Shown here: positions 1 through 8,356 of the stretch, one piece after another
How the letters are laid out: every line of letters begins with the position of its first letter
Numbering within the stretch: position 1 is the first letter of the stretch
Assembly (NCBI GenBank): GCA_965248835.1
Contig: CBDFLJ010000002.1
Span: forward strand, 1,888,001 to 1,952,000
From: Alphaproteobacteria bacterium
GTDB lineage: Bacteria > Pseudomonadota > Alphaproteobacteria > MPNO01
Direction of reading: 5' to 3'
Length of the DNA: 64,000 bases
Notes under the pieces: generated by a model
Databases searched by the model: none
Told to the model about the DNA's origin: nothing
What the model saw: the letters and a program-made list of their open reading frames with translations, nothing else
Made by a program: the position numbers and the translations under genes

Positions 1-2
1 CG

Positions 3-440
3 TGTGCGCGTGCGCTGGGCATCCACGCCGGGCTCGGGCTGTCGGACGTCACCAACCATCTGTGCACCGACCGGCTGCGGCGGCTGATGGGCGGCCACAG
101 CCTGTTCATCAATCACGGTTATGCGGTGCTGTATCTCGACGGCCGCTGGGTCAAGGCCGCGCCGACCTTCAACATCGGGCTGTGCCGGAAGTTCGACGTC
201 GTGCCGACCGAGTTCGACGGCACCGGCGATTCGCTGTTCCAGGAATTCGACCGGCTGGGGCGCAAGCACATGGAGTATGTCGCCAACCGCGGCGTTTGGT
301 CGGATTTCGACCCCGTCCGGGTGATCGGCGATTTCCGGGCGCTCTACCCCGACACGCTGTTCGAGGACCTCGCCCGCGAACGGGCCCGAAACGCCGCCAG
401 GGCCGCCGCGCGGTTCGAGGACGAGCGGCCGGTCGTATGA
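3..440 (+). CDS. Transglutaminase-like family protein, 5'-truncated by the window edge
   Basis: The frame is open from position 3: CARALGIHAGLGLSDVTNHL...HGYAVLYLDGRWVKAAPTFN. The HG-x-x-x-x-Y-L-D-G-R-W pattern fits the transglutaminase-like core. Confidence 0.75.
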   Translation, partial: CARALGIHAGLGLSDVTNHLCTDRLRRLMGGHSLFINHGYAVLYLDGRWVKAAPTFNIGLCRKFDVVPTEFDGTGDSLFQEFDRLGRKHMEYVANRGVWSDFDPVRVIGDFRALYPDTLFEDLARERARNAARAAARFEDERPVV

Positions 441-1240
441 GCCTCGACCGAGCCGCGATCGACCGAGCGGCTGCGGCCCTGTGTGCCGCGCGGTTGCAGC
501 GCCGCACGGTCGGTGCCCTGCCCGCCGACTGCCGGCCGATGGACGAAGACGACGGCTACCGTATCCAGGACGCGCTCAAGGACCGGTTCGCGCGCGCCGA
601 CGGGATACCGCCTGCCGGTTTCAAGATCGGCGCCACCACGCCGACCATGCAGGACATGCTGGGCGTTTCGGGACCGGCGCGCGGCTGGATCCGCGGCAGC
701 GTCGTCCATGGCGACGGCGTGGAACTGCCGGCGCGGGACTTCCGGGCACCGGGGATCGAATGCGAGATCGCGTTCAGGATCGGCCACGACCTCGATCTCC
801 GGTCCCGCCCGCTGACCCGGGCGGAGGCCGCGGCCGCCGTGGCCCAGGTGATGCCGGCGATCGAGATCGTCGACAACCGCTACGGCGACTGGGCCGCGAT
901 GGGCGTGCCCACGCTGATCGCCGACGACTTCTTCCAGGCCGCCTGCGTGCTCGGCGCGCCGGCCGCGGGCATCGATCCGATGAGCCTCGATGAGGTGCGC
1001 GGCCGAACGATGATCAACGCAGAGTTGATCGGCCAGGGCAGCGGGGCGGACGTCCTCGGCCATCCGCTGGATGCGGTGATCTGGCTCGCCGAGGCGCTGG
1101 CGGGCGCCGGCCTGTCGCTCGAAGCCGGCCAGATCGTCATGACCGGCTCGATGGTCCGGCCGCAGTTCCTGGAGCGGTTTCCGGTCGATGCGCGGGTGGA
1201 GATCGACGGGCTGGCGACGGTCGAGGCGCGGCTGGCCTGA
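437..1240 (+). CDS. 2-keto-4-pentenoate hydratase / fumarylacetoacetate hydrolase family
   Basis: GFKIGAT, IECEIAF, PAIEIVDNR, LIADD, LGHPL and MTGS motifs. ATG 437 overlaps the upstream TGA. Confidence 0.85.
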   Translation: MSLDRAAIDRAAAALCAARLQRRTVGALPADCRPMDEDDGYRIQDALKDRFARADGIPPAGFKIGATTPTMQDMLGVSGPARGWIRGSVVHGDGVELPARDFRAPGIECEIAFRIGHDLDLRSRPLTRAEAAAAVAQVMPAIEIVDNRYGDWAAMGVPTLIADDFFQAACVLGAPAAGIDPMSLDEVRGRTMINAELIGQGSGADVLGHPLDAVIWLAEALAGAGLSLEAGQIVMTGSMVRPQFLERFPVDARVEIDGLATVEARLA

Positions 1241-1247
1241 AGGCGGC

Positions 1248-1883
1248 TCAGCTCCCCGAAGTCTCGCCCGAGGCGGCGGCCCTGCCGCCGGCGATCCTCT
1301 GGCCGACCGCGGGCACCCCGCCCTCCTCGCCCCAGCGGGGCGCGTTCTGGATATGGATGCCGAACTGGTCGAGCATGCGCATGCAGCTCTGGTCGACGAT
1401 GTCCTGCAGCGTCACCGGGCGGTTGTAGAAGGCCGGCACCGGAGGGAAGATCACCGCGCCCAGGTTGCCGAGCCGGATAAGGTTCTCCAGGTGTCCGGCA
1501 TGGAGCGGGGTCTCGCGGATCGCGATCAAGAGCGTGCGGCGCTCCTTAAGGACAACATCGGCGGCGCGGCTGATCAGGTCGCCGGTATTGCCAATGGCGA
1601 TGTTCGACATCGTCTTGATCGAGCACGGCGCGATGATCATTCCCTTGGAGTGGAACGAGCCGGAGGAGATCGACGCGCCGATATTGCCGACATCGTGCAC
1701 TTCGTGGGCCAAGCCGTGGATGTAGTCGATCTCGGTGTCGTGCTCCATCCTGAGGGTGAGCTTGGCCGACCGGCTCATCACCAAATGCACCTCGACATCG
1801 GTGGACTGGCGCAAAAGCTCCATGACCCGGACGCCGTAGATCGTGCCGGTGGCCCCGGTGATGCCGACGATCAAACGCTCCAT
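1248..1883 (-). CDS. ubiX: Flavin prenyltransferase UbiX
   Basis: LIVGITGATG, ISSGS, APCS, RAADVVLKERR, RETP and PPVPAFY motifs. Confidence 0.92.
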   Translation of the reverse strand: MERLIVGITGATGTIYGVRVMELLRQSTDVEVHLVMSRSAKLTLRMEHDTEIDYIHGLAHEVHDVGNIGASISSGSFHSKGMIIAPCSIKTMSNIAIGNTGDLISRAADVVLKERRTLLIAIRETPLHAGHLENLIRLGNLGAVIFPPVPAFYNRPVTLQDIVDQSCMRMLDQFGIHIQNAPRWGEEGGVPAVGQRIAGGRAAASGETSGS

Positions 1884-2008
1884 TACGGATACCCTCCTAC
1901 CCAACTATCCGTGGTATCTATATCCGATGCCGTCCCGGGCGAAAAGGACACCGCACCCGGCCAGGCTCGCTCCGGCGCGCAGTGAAGCGTTGTAGGGTGC
2001 CGCCGGCA

Positions 2009-2980
2009 ATGGAACGCGTGATGAGGCGAAGCGCAGGCATCAATCGGGTTTTGCGGTTGGCGGCGCTGGCGGGTGTCGCGGGCCTGGCGGTTGCAGCCGC
2101 GCCGGGCGCGGCGAGCTTGGCGGCTGACCAGGCGCCGGCCGCACCGGTCATGGTCGGCGAGCTGACGCGCCACATCGCGCACCACGAGGACACGCTGGTC
2201 GACCTCGCTCGGCAATACAACGTCGGATACACCGAACTGCGCGCCGCCAACCCCCATATCGATCCATGGCTGCCGGGCGCGGGCACCGAGATCCTGGTCC
2301 CCACCGGCCACCTGCTGCCCGGGAGCACCCGCAAGGGCCTGGTGGTCAATCTGGGCGATCAGCGGCTCTACTATTTCCCGCCCGATGGCGGAAGGGTCAT
2401 CACCGCGCCGATCGGCATCGGCAGCGAAGGCTGGGGCACCCCGACCGGACGGACCTGGGTGATCAAGAAGCGCAAACGGCCAAGCTGGTATGTGCCCGAA
2501 TCGATCCGCGCCGAGGACCCCGACCTGCCGGCAGTCGTCCCGCCGGGACCGGACAACCCGTTGGGCGCGTTCGCGCTCTACCTTGGCTGGCGGTCCTATG
2601 TGATCCACGGCACCAACAAGCCCTTCGGCGTCGGCCGCCGGGTCTCGCACGGCTGCGTGCGTCTGTATCCCGAGGATATCGCGTGGCTGTTCAGGCAGGT
2701 CGAAATCGGCACCCCGGTCACTGTGCTCGACGAGCCAGTCAAGCTCGCCTGGGTCGGCGACCAGCTGATGCTCGAGGCCCATCCGAGCCAGACCCAAGCC
2801 GACGCGGTCGAGGCGGGCGAAACGCCGACACCGGAGACGCCGGCGGAATACCGCTTCCGCATCCGCGAAACGGCCGGCCGGTCCGCCGCCCGTCTGGACT
2901 GGCAGCGCATCGAGGCGGCCATCCGCGAACGCAGCGGCCTGCCCATCGGTATCCTGAAGCGGGAGGATGCGGCGGGCTGA
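2009..2980 (+). CDS. L,D-transpeptidase (ErfK/YbiS/YcfS/YnhG type) with signal peptide and LysM-like N-domain; start uncertain
   Basis: DTLVDLARQYNVGYTELRAANP (LysM-like), PPGPDNPLG, and catalytic IHGTN...SHGCVRL. Confidence 0.9.
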   Translation: MERVMRRSAGINRVLRLAALAGVAGLAVAAAPGAASLAADQAPAAPVMVGELTRHIAHHEDTLVDLARQYNVGYTELRAANPHIDPWLPGAGTEILVPTGHLLPGSTRKGLVVNLGDQRLYYFPPDGGRVITAPIGIGSEGWGTPTGRTWVIKKRKRPSWYVPESIRAEDPDLPAVVPPGPDNPLGAFALYLGWRSYVIHGTNKPFGVGRRVSHGCVRLYPEDIAWLFRQVEIGTPVTVLDEPVKLAWVGDQLMLEAHPSQTQADAVEAGETPTPETPAEYRFRIRETAGRSAARLDWQRIEAAIRERSGLPIGILKREDAAG

Positions 2981-3025
2981 GCCCGGGACCGGGCCAGTCC
3001 GCTACCGCACCGTCAAGCCGGAGCG

Positions 3026-3319
3026 CTACTTCCGCAAGTTCTTGCGGAACATCCGATCGGCCTTGTCGCCGGCGGCCTTGGCTTCGTTCGCCGCACGCTC
3101 GGCGGCCGCGGCTGCACGCTCAGCCGCGCGCACGGCCTGTTCGGTACGCGATGCGGCGAGATCAGCGGCGGCGGCGGCCTTGTCGGCCGCGGCCTTCGCT
3201 TCCATGGCCGTGGCCTGCGCACCTTCGATCATGGACATATCCACCTCGGGCGCGGTCTGACAGCCCGCAACGAACATGACCGGCAACGCAACAAGGGCGA
3301 TCTTCTTGAGAACCTGCAT
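3026..3319 (-). CDS. Alanine-zipper outer-membrane lipoprotein (Lpp/OprI-like)
   Basis: Basic N-terminus, hydrophobic core, lipobox VAGC, Ala-rich heptads, C-terminus ADRMFRKNLRK, and a strong RBS (AAAGGAGGAGG) upstream. Confidence 0.8.
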   Translation of the reverse strand: MQVLKKIALVALPVMFVAGCQTAPEVDMSMIEGAQATAMEAKAAADKAAAAADLAASRTEQAVRAAERAAAAAERAANEAKAAGDKADRMFRKNLRK

Positions 3320-3609
3320 ACCGGACCTCCTCCTTTCGATTGGCTGGAAACTGCCGGCTCACCCATCGCGCCCGGACTAGCCCCATTACCGATGTGTCGC
3401 CGCAGACATACAATATCCGGTCGGTCAACACCAGCACGAGTGAGTCGCGCTCAACCTTTGAGGGAGGGAGGGAGGGGTGCCGCCTATGCGCGGCCGCAAG
3501 GCCGGCCCCGGCCGCCGGCTTGTTGGCGCGGCGCGATCCGTGTTAGAGCATGCTCCCGACACGCTGGACCCTCCCGAACCACCGGGAATGCCGCCGCCCG
3601 GGACACCGG

Positions 3610-3927
3610 ATGCCAAAACCGCCCGCCCGCTTTTCCGTCGGACAGCTCGTGCGTCATCGCCTCTTCGGCTATCGCGGCGTCATCTACGATGTCGACGCCG
3701 ACTTCCAGGGGACCGAGGCGTGGTACGACCACATGGCGCGAAGCCGGCCGCCGAAGCATGATCCATGGTATCATGTCCTGGTCGACGGTCAGACCCATGC
3801 GACCTACGTCGCCGAGCGCAATCTCGCGCTGGAGGACTCGCCGAGGCCGATCGATCATCCGGCGGTCGAAGGGTTCTTTACCGAATACCGCGACGGCCGC
3901 TACGTGCCCGCCAGCGCGATAAATTGA
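3610..3927 (+). CDS. hspQ: Heat shock protein HspQ (YccV-like)
   Basis: ARFSVGQLVRHRLFGYRGVIYDVD, PWYHVLV and YVAERNL motifs. Confidence 0.88.
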   Translation: MPKPPARFSVGQLVRHRLFGYRGVIYDVDADFQGTEAWYDHMARSRPPKHDPWYHVLVDGQTHATYVAERNLALEDSPRPIDHPAVEGFFTEYRDGRYVPASAIN

Positions 3928-3977
3928 GCCCGCCCATCGACAACTGCCGCGGCGCCTGAGTCTGCAAGGCCGCGGCG

Positions 3978-4871
3978 ATGGACTGGCTGATCTACTGGTT
4001 CATGTTTCCGGTCGCGATCGGCGTCGCGACCACCGCGATGCTGAGCGGCATCGGCGGGGCAGCGCTGTTCACGCCGATCTTCCTGATCGTCTTCCCGATC
4101 CTCGGGCCGGAATATCCGCTCGCTTCCCCGGTCGCGGCGATCGGCGCGGCATTGCTCACCGTAGCGTTCGGCTTCTCCTCGGGCTTCGTCGGCTATTACC
4201 GCCGCGGGCTGATCGACTTCCGAGCCTCGGTGCCGTTCGTCCTGGTCGCGGTGCCTGTCGGAATCCTCGGTGCGCTGCTCGCCCACGAGGTGAACCAATC
4301 CTTGCTCAAGGCGGCTTATGCGGCCTTGATGATCCTTCTGTTCTTCATCCTGATGCGCCGTCGCGCCCCGGTCGAGGCGGCATTGGCCGAGGACCACGGC
4401 GCGCCGGACCACGGCGCCGACCGGCCGATGCGCTCGATCGCGGCCAAAGACGGGACAATCTATCGCTACCGCGCGCCGCGCCAGGGCCAGGGCGCGGCCA
4501 TGACAGGCATCGGCGCCTTCCTGACCGGCATGGTCTCGGTCGGAATCGGCGAGGTGATCATGCCCCAGCTCATCCGGCGCAACCGCGTGCCGATACCGGT
4601 GGCCGCGGCGACATCGGTGCTGATCGTGATCCTCACCGTGGCCTGCGCGTCCTTCGCCCATATCTCGGCCCTGATCGTCGGCGGCGGGGTCGACGCGGTG
4701 CCCTGGAACCTGGTCTGCTGGACGATCCCGGGCGTGATCATCGGCGGCCAGATCGGCCCCCGGCTTCAAGGCAAAATCTCCCAACGGAGCATGGAGAAGG
4801 CGATCGCAATCCTGTTCGGACTCATCGGCCTAGCGATGCTATGGATCGCCCATCGCGAGCTTTCCCCATAG
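3978..4871 (+). CDS. Sulfite exporter TauE/SafE family membrane protein
   Basis: Multi-TM protein with GIGGAALFTP, repeated GIG motif, AAATS and GGQIG. Confidence 0.8.
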   Translation: MDWLIYWFMFPVAIGVATTAMLSGIGGAALFTPIFLIVFPILGPEYPLASPVAAIGAALLTVAFGFSSGFVGYYRRGLIDFRASVPFVLVAVPVGILGALLAHEVNQSLLKAAYAALMILLFFILMRRRAPVEAALAEDHGAPDHGADRPMRSIAAKDGTIYRYRAPRQGQGAAMTGIGAFLTGMVSVGIGEVIMPQLIRRNRVPIPVAAATSVLIVILTVACASFAHISALIVGGGVDAVPWNLVCWTIPGVIIGGQIGPRLQGKISQRSMEKAIAILFGLIGLAMLWIAHRELSP

Positions 4872-4872
4872 C

Positions 4873-5787
4873 CTATCGCGGATCGACGAGGTCGCAGAGC
4901 CGCGCCTCGATCTCATCGAGCCCCGGCAACGCCTCCTGGGCGCCCACGCCGCGGCAGGCGAGGCCGCCTGCAACCGAGCCGTACCGCATCGCCTCGGCGA
5001 TATCCCCGCCGCGGGCGAGCACGGCGGCGAAAGCGCCGATAAAAGCATCGCCGGCGCCGGTGGTATCGCGGGGCTCGACCGGCAGCGCACCGACTTGGAC
5101 GACCGGACCGGCGCCGAAGGCCGCCGCACCCTGGGCGCCCAGGGTCACGACCACCGGCCGGCCGATTTCCCGGGCGAGCCGGCTTGCGGCCTCGTGCGGG
5201 CCGGCCGGTTCGATCCCCAGCGCTCCGGCGAGCATCCCAGCCTCGATCCGGTTGACCGCGAGCACATCGACCGCGCTGAGGAATTCACCCGACAGCGCGG
5301 CCGCCGGCGCGGCGTTCAGGACCACGCGAGCGCCCTTCGCACACGCGCGCCGGGCCAGCGCCGCGACCTCAACCGTCGGAACCTCGAGCTGCATGAGGAC
5401 GACGCCAGCAGCCTCGAGCATCGCATCGGGCACATCGCGCGCGCGGGCCTGCCGGTTGGCACCGCTGGCGACGATGATCTGGTTGTCGCCGCGCGCGTCC
5501 ACACCGACGGCAGCCAGCCCGGTCGGCGCGGCGGTGCGTCTTACCCCGCTCAGATCGACGCCGCCGGCCTGCAGCAGGGACAGCGCCGCCTCGGCGAAGC
5601 CGTCCCGGCCGACACAGCCGAACAGCGCGACATCGGCACCGCACCGCGCCGCGGCGAGCGCCTGGTTGGCCCCCTTGCCGCCCGGCGAAAGCGTGTAGCC
5701 CTCGCCCAGCACCGTCTCGCCCGGTCGCGGAAGCGCCGGGACGGCAAGCGCGATGTCGAGGTTGATCGAGCCGAAGACGACGATCAA
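4873..5787 (-). CDS. rbsK: Ribokinase (PfkB family); TTG start inferred
   Basis: IVVFGSINLD, PGGKGANQA, VTLGAQG and DTTGAGDAF. Confidence 0.85.
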   Translation of the reverse strand: MIVVFGSINLDIALAVPALPRPGETVLGEGYTLSPGGKGANQALAAARCGADVALFGCVGRDGFAEAALSLLQAGGVDLSGVRRTAAPTGLAAVGVDARGDNQIIVASGANRQARARDVPDAMLEAAGVVLMQLEVPTVEVAALARRACAKGARVVLNAAPAAALSGEFLSAVDVLAVNRIEAGMLAGALGIEPAGPHEAASRLAREIGRPVVVTLGAQGAAAFGAGPVVQVGALPVEPRDTTGAGDAFIGAFAAVLARGGDIAEAMRYGSVAGGLACRGVGAQEALPGLDEIEARLCDLVDPR

Positions 5788-5893
5788 GGCATCCTCCGCC
5801 GGCGCCCGCCCCCGCACCGGTTCCGGCGACAGGGCGCGCGTGTGGAAGCTATAGTATCGCCGATGCCGAAAGATAGCGGCGCGGGAGGCCGGG

Positions 5894-6694
5894 ATGATGG
5901 GCAGGTTGGCGCGCGCGGTGGCCGGAACGGCGGCATGGCTCGCGATCACAGCGATGCCGGGAACTGCTGCGGCGGACACTGAGCCGACCGGGCAGGAAAC
6001 CACCGGCAAGGTGATTCAGGGCGGCTTCAAGGCCAGCCGCGACAGGATGGTCGAGACCATCGTAACGGAGATCCGCCTGACCAGCGGATGGATCGGCAAG
6101 GCAAGCCTGGACCCGCGGATCATCGGAGTCATGTCGCGGGTGCCGCGCCACGCGTTCGTTCCGCCCGGGCTGGCCTCGCTTGCCTATCTCAACCGGCCGT
6201 TGCCGGTGGGCTTTGGCCAGACCGTCTCGCAGCCCTACATCGTCGCCCTGATGACCGACCTCGCCGCGATCGAGAAGGGCGACAACGTGCTGCTGCTGGG
6301 GATCGGCGGCGGCTATCACGCTGCGGTGCTCGTCGCGCTGGCGGGCCGGCTGAACATCGTCGACATTCAGCCCCGGGTCGCGGCCGCCGCGATGAACCGC
6401 CTGATTCGGCTGGGCTATGACGACAATGTCCGGCTGGCGAACCACGATCCCTATTTCGGCTGGCGCGGAGAGGACCGCGCGTTCGATGCGATCATCGTCC
6501 GCCAGGCAATCGATTACATCCCCGATGCGTTGATCCACCAGATCAAGACCGGCGGCCGGATCGTTGTTCCGGTGGGCACTTCGCAGGCCCGGCAGGAGCT
6601 GATCCTCGGCCGCAAGACGCCGGACGGACGGCTGATCGAACGCTCGATCATACCGGTGCGATTCACCCGTCTTCCCGGCGGCCCGAGGATTTAG
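5894..6694 (+). CDS. Protein-L-isoaspartate O-methyltransferase-like protein with putative signal peptide and divergent SAM motifs
   Basis: VPRHAFVP, AYLNRPLPVGFGQTVSQPYIVALM, GGRIVVPVG and VRF. Confidence 0.8.
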   Translation: MMGRLARAVAGTAAWLAITAMPGTAAADTEPTGQETTGKVIQGGFKASRDRMVETIVTEIRLTSGWIGKASLDPRIIGVMSRVPRHAFVPPGLASLAYLNRPLPVGFGQTVSQPYIVALMTDLAAIEKGDNVLLLGIGGGYHAAVLVALAGRLNIVDIQPRVAAAAMNRLIRLGYDDNVRLANHDPYFGWRGEDRAFDAIIVRQAIDYIPDALIHQIKTGGRIVVPVGTSQARQELILGRKTPDGRLIERSIIPVRFTRLPGGPRI

Positions 6695-6913
6695 AGCCTG
6701 TTTCTATCGGCGTATGGCGCTGCATCGACGCCCCGCCGATTCGCAACCGCGTAGCGTTCAAGTCGTTGAAATCCAAAAAAGACGAAGATAACATTTCGTT
6801 GAGCGGCGGCGCCTGATCGGTCTCATGAAGCCCGGCGGCGCGAGCCGCCAAGATCCGGCTATGGGGCCGCGTCAGAGAGCCTAGGTGTCAGGACGGGACA
6901 GGGGGCGTTCACG

Positions 6914-8155
6914 ATGCTGCTGCGTTGGGCATTTCACAAAGTCGTCACCGTCGGTGCGCTGTCGCTGACCGACGCGGACGGCAAGACCCATCACTTCGAG
7001 GGCGCGCCGGGACCGGCCTGCGCGGTCCGGCTGCACGACCGCCGGCTTCATACCAGCCTGGTCACCAACCCGTGGCTGCATGTCGGCGAGGCCTATATGG
7101 ACGGCACGCTGACCATCGAGCGGGGTACGCTCGGCGATTTCATCGCTTTCTGCTGCATCAATGCCCAGGCGGCCAGCGAAAACCCGGTCTTGCGGCTCTC
7201 CGAATGGCTGGCATACCGGATGCGCTGGATGCAGCAGCACAACCCCATCGGCCGGGCTCGGCGCAACGTCGCGCACCATTACAACCTCTCGGACACGCTC
7301 TACGACCTGTTCCTTGACAAGGACAGGCAGTATTCCTGCGCCTACTTCACCTCCGACGACGAGACGCTGGAGTCCGCGCAGCTCAACAAGAAGCGCCATC
7401 TGGCGGCCAAGCTGCAGCTCCAGCCGGGCCACAGAGTCCTGGATATCGGCTCTGGCTGGGGCGGGCTGGCGCTCTACCTCGCCGGGCTGGCGGAACTCGA
7501 TGTGACCGGGGTGACGCTGTCCGAAGAACAGCACCGCGTGTCGATGCGCCGCGCCGCCGATGCGCGGCTCGATGACCGCGTCCGTTTCCTGCTGCAGGAC
7601 TATCGCCACCAGACCGGACCCTACGACCGGATCGTCTCGGTCGGCATGTTCGAGCACGTCGGTGCCGGGCATTTCCGCGAGTTCTTCGCCAAGCTTCGCG
7701 AGCTTCTGGCCGAGGACGGGGTCGCCTTGCTGCACTCGATCGGCCGGATGGAGCCGCCGGGGGCCACCAGCGCGTGGCTGCGGAAATACATCTTCCCGGG
7801 CGGCTACACGCCGGCGATGTCCGAAGTGCTGGCCGCGATCGAGCGCGAGAAGCTCTACGTCACCGATATCGAGATCCTGAGGCTGCATTACGCCAAGACC
7901 CTGCGGCACTGGCACGAGCGGTTCCAGGCCAACCGCGAACGGGTGGCCGAGCTCTACGACGAACGGTTTTGCCGGATGTGGGAGTTCTACCTCAAGGGCT
8001 GCGAGATGGCGTTCAAGCACTGGAACCAGATGGTCTTCCAAATGCAGATCACCCGCGACCAGGCGGCCGTCCCGCTGACGCGCGACTACATCACCGATTG
8101 GGAGCGCGTCCAGCAGACCGAGGCGGGCGGACGGGCCGCCGATATAGCCGCCTGA
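6914..8155 (+). CDS. cfa: Cyclopropane-fatty-acyl-phospholipid synthase
   Basis: NVAHHYNL, QYSCAYF, VLDIGSGWGG, SVGMFEHVG, YIFPGG and MWEFYL. Confidence 0.9.
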   Translation: MLLRWAFHKVVTVGALSLTDADGKTHHFEGAPGPACAVRLHDRRLHTSLVTNPWLHVGEAYMDGTLTIERGTLGDFIAFCCINAQAASENPVLRLSEWLAYRMRWMQQHNPIGRARRNVAHHYNLSDTLYDLFLDKDRQYSCAYFTSDDETLESAQLNKKRHLAAKLQLQPGHRVLDIGSGWGGLALYLAGLAELDVTGVTLSEEQHRVSMRRAADARLDDRVRFLLQDYRHQTGPYDRIVSVGMFEHVGAGHFREFFAKLRELLAEDGVALLHSIGRMEPPGATSAWLRKYIFPGGYTPAMSEVLAAIEREKLYVTDIEILRLHYAKTLRHWHERFQANRERVAELYDERFCRMWEFYLKGCEMAFKHWNQMVFQMQITRDQAAVPLTRDYITDWERVQQTEAGGRAADIAA

Positions 8156-8356
8156 CAAAGAGTTTCACCGGCGAAGCGCGGCAGGCTGAAGGTCCTTCCA
8201 GCGAATCGTTGTCGTTGTCACAATTTCCCCGTGATTCACATTCGGGCGGGCAGCGGGTGATCTTGTCCCCGCTTTCCTCAAGGATGCGCGCTTTTCATCC
8301 CTACCCCGGGCGGGCGGGCTGGACTACCGTCCCGGTTCGTTAAGGAAGGCAAAAAC

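Noticed and set aside
2-436. N-terminal extensions making apparent fusions (ORFs 2..1240, 10895..12592, 15233..16840, 16855..18981, 42003..43832, 49984..52032, 57376..58938)
   Set aside because: The extensions overlap real neighbouring genes in other frames. The true starts are internal, most of them coupled to the upstream stop.
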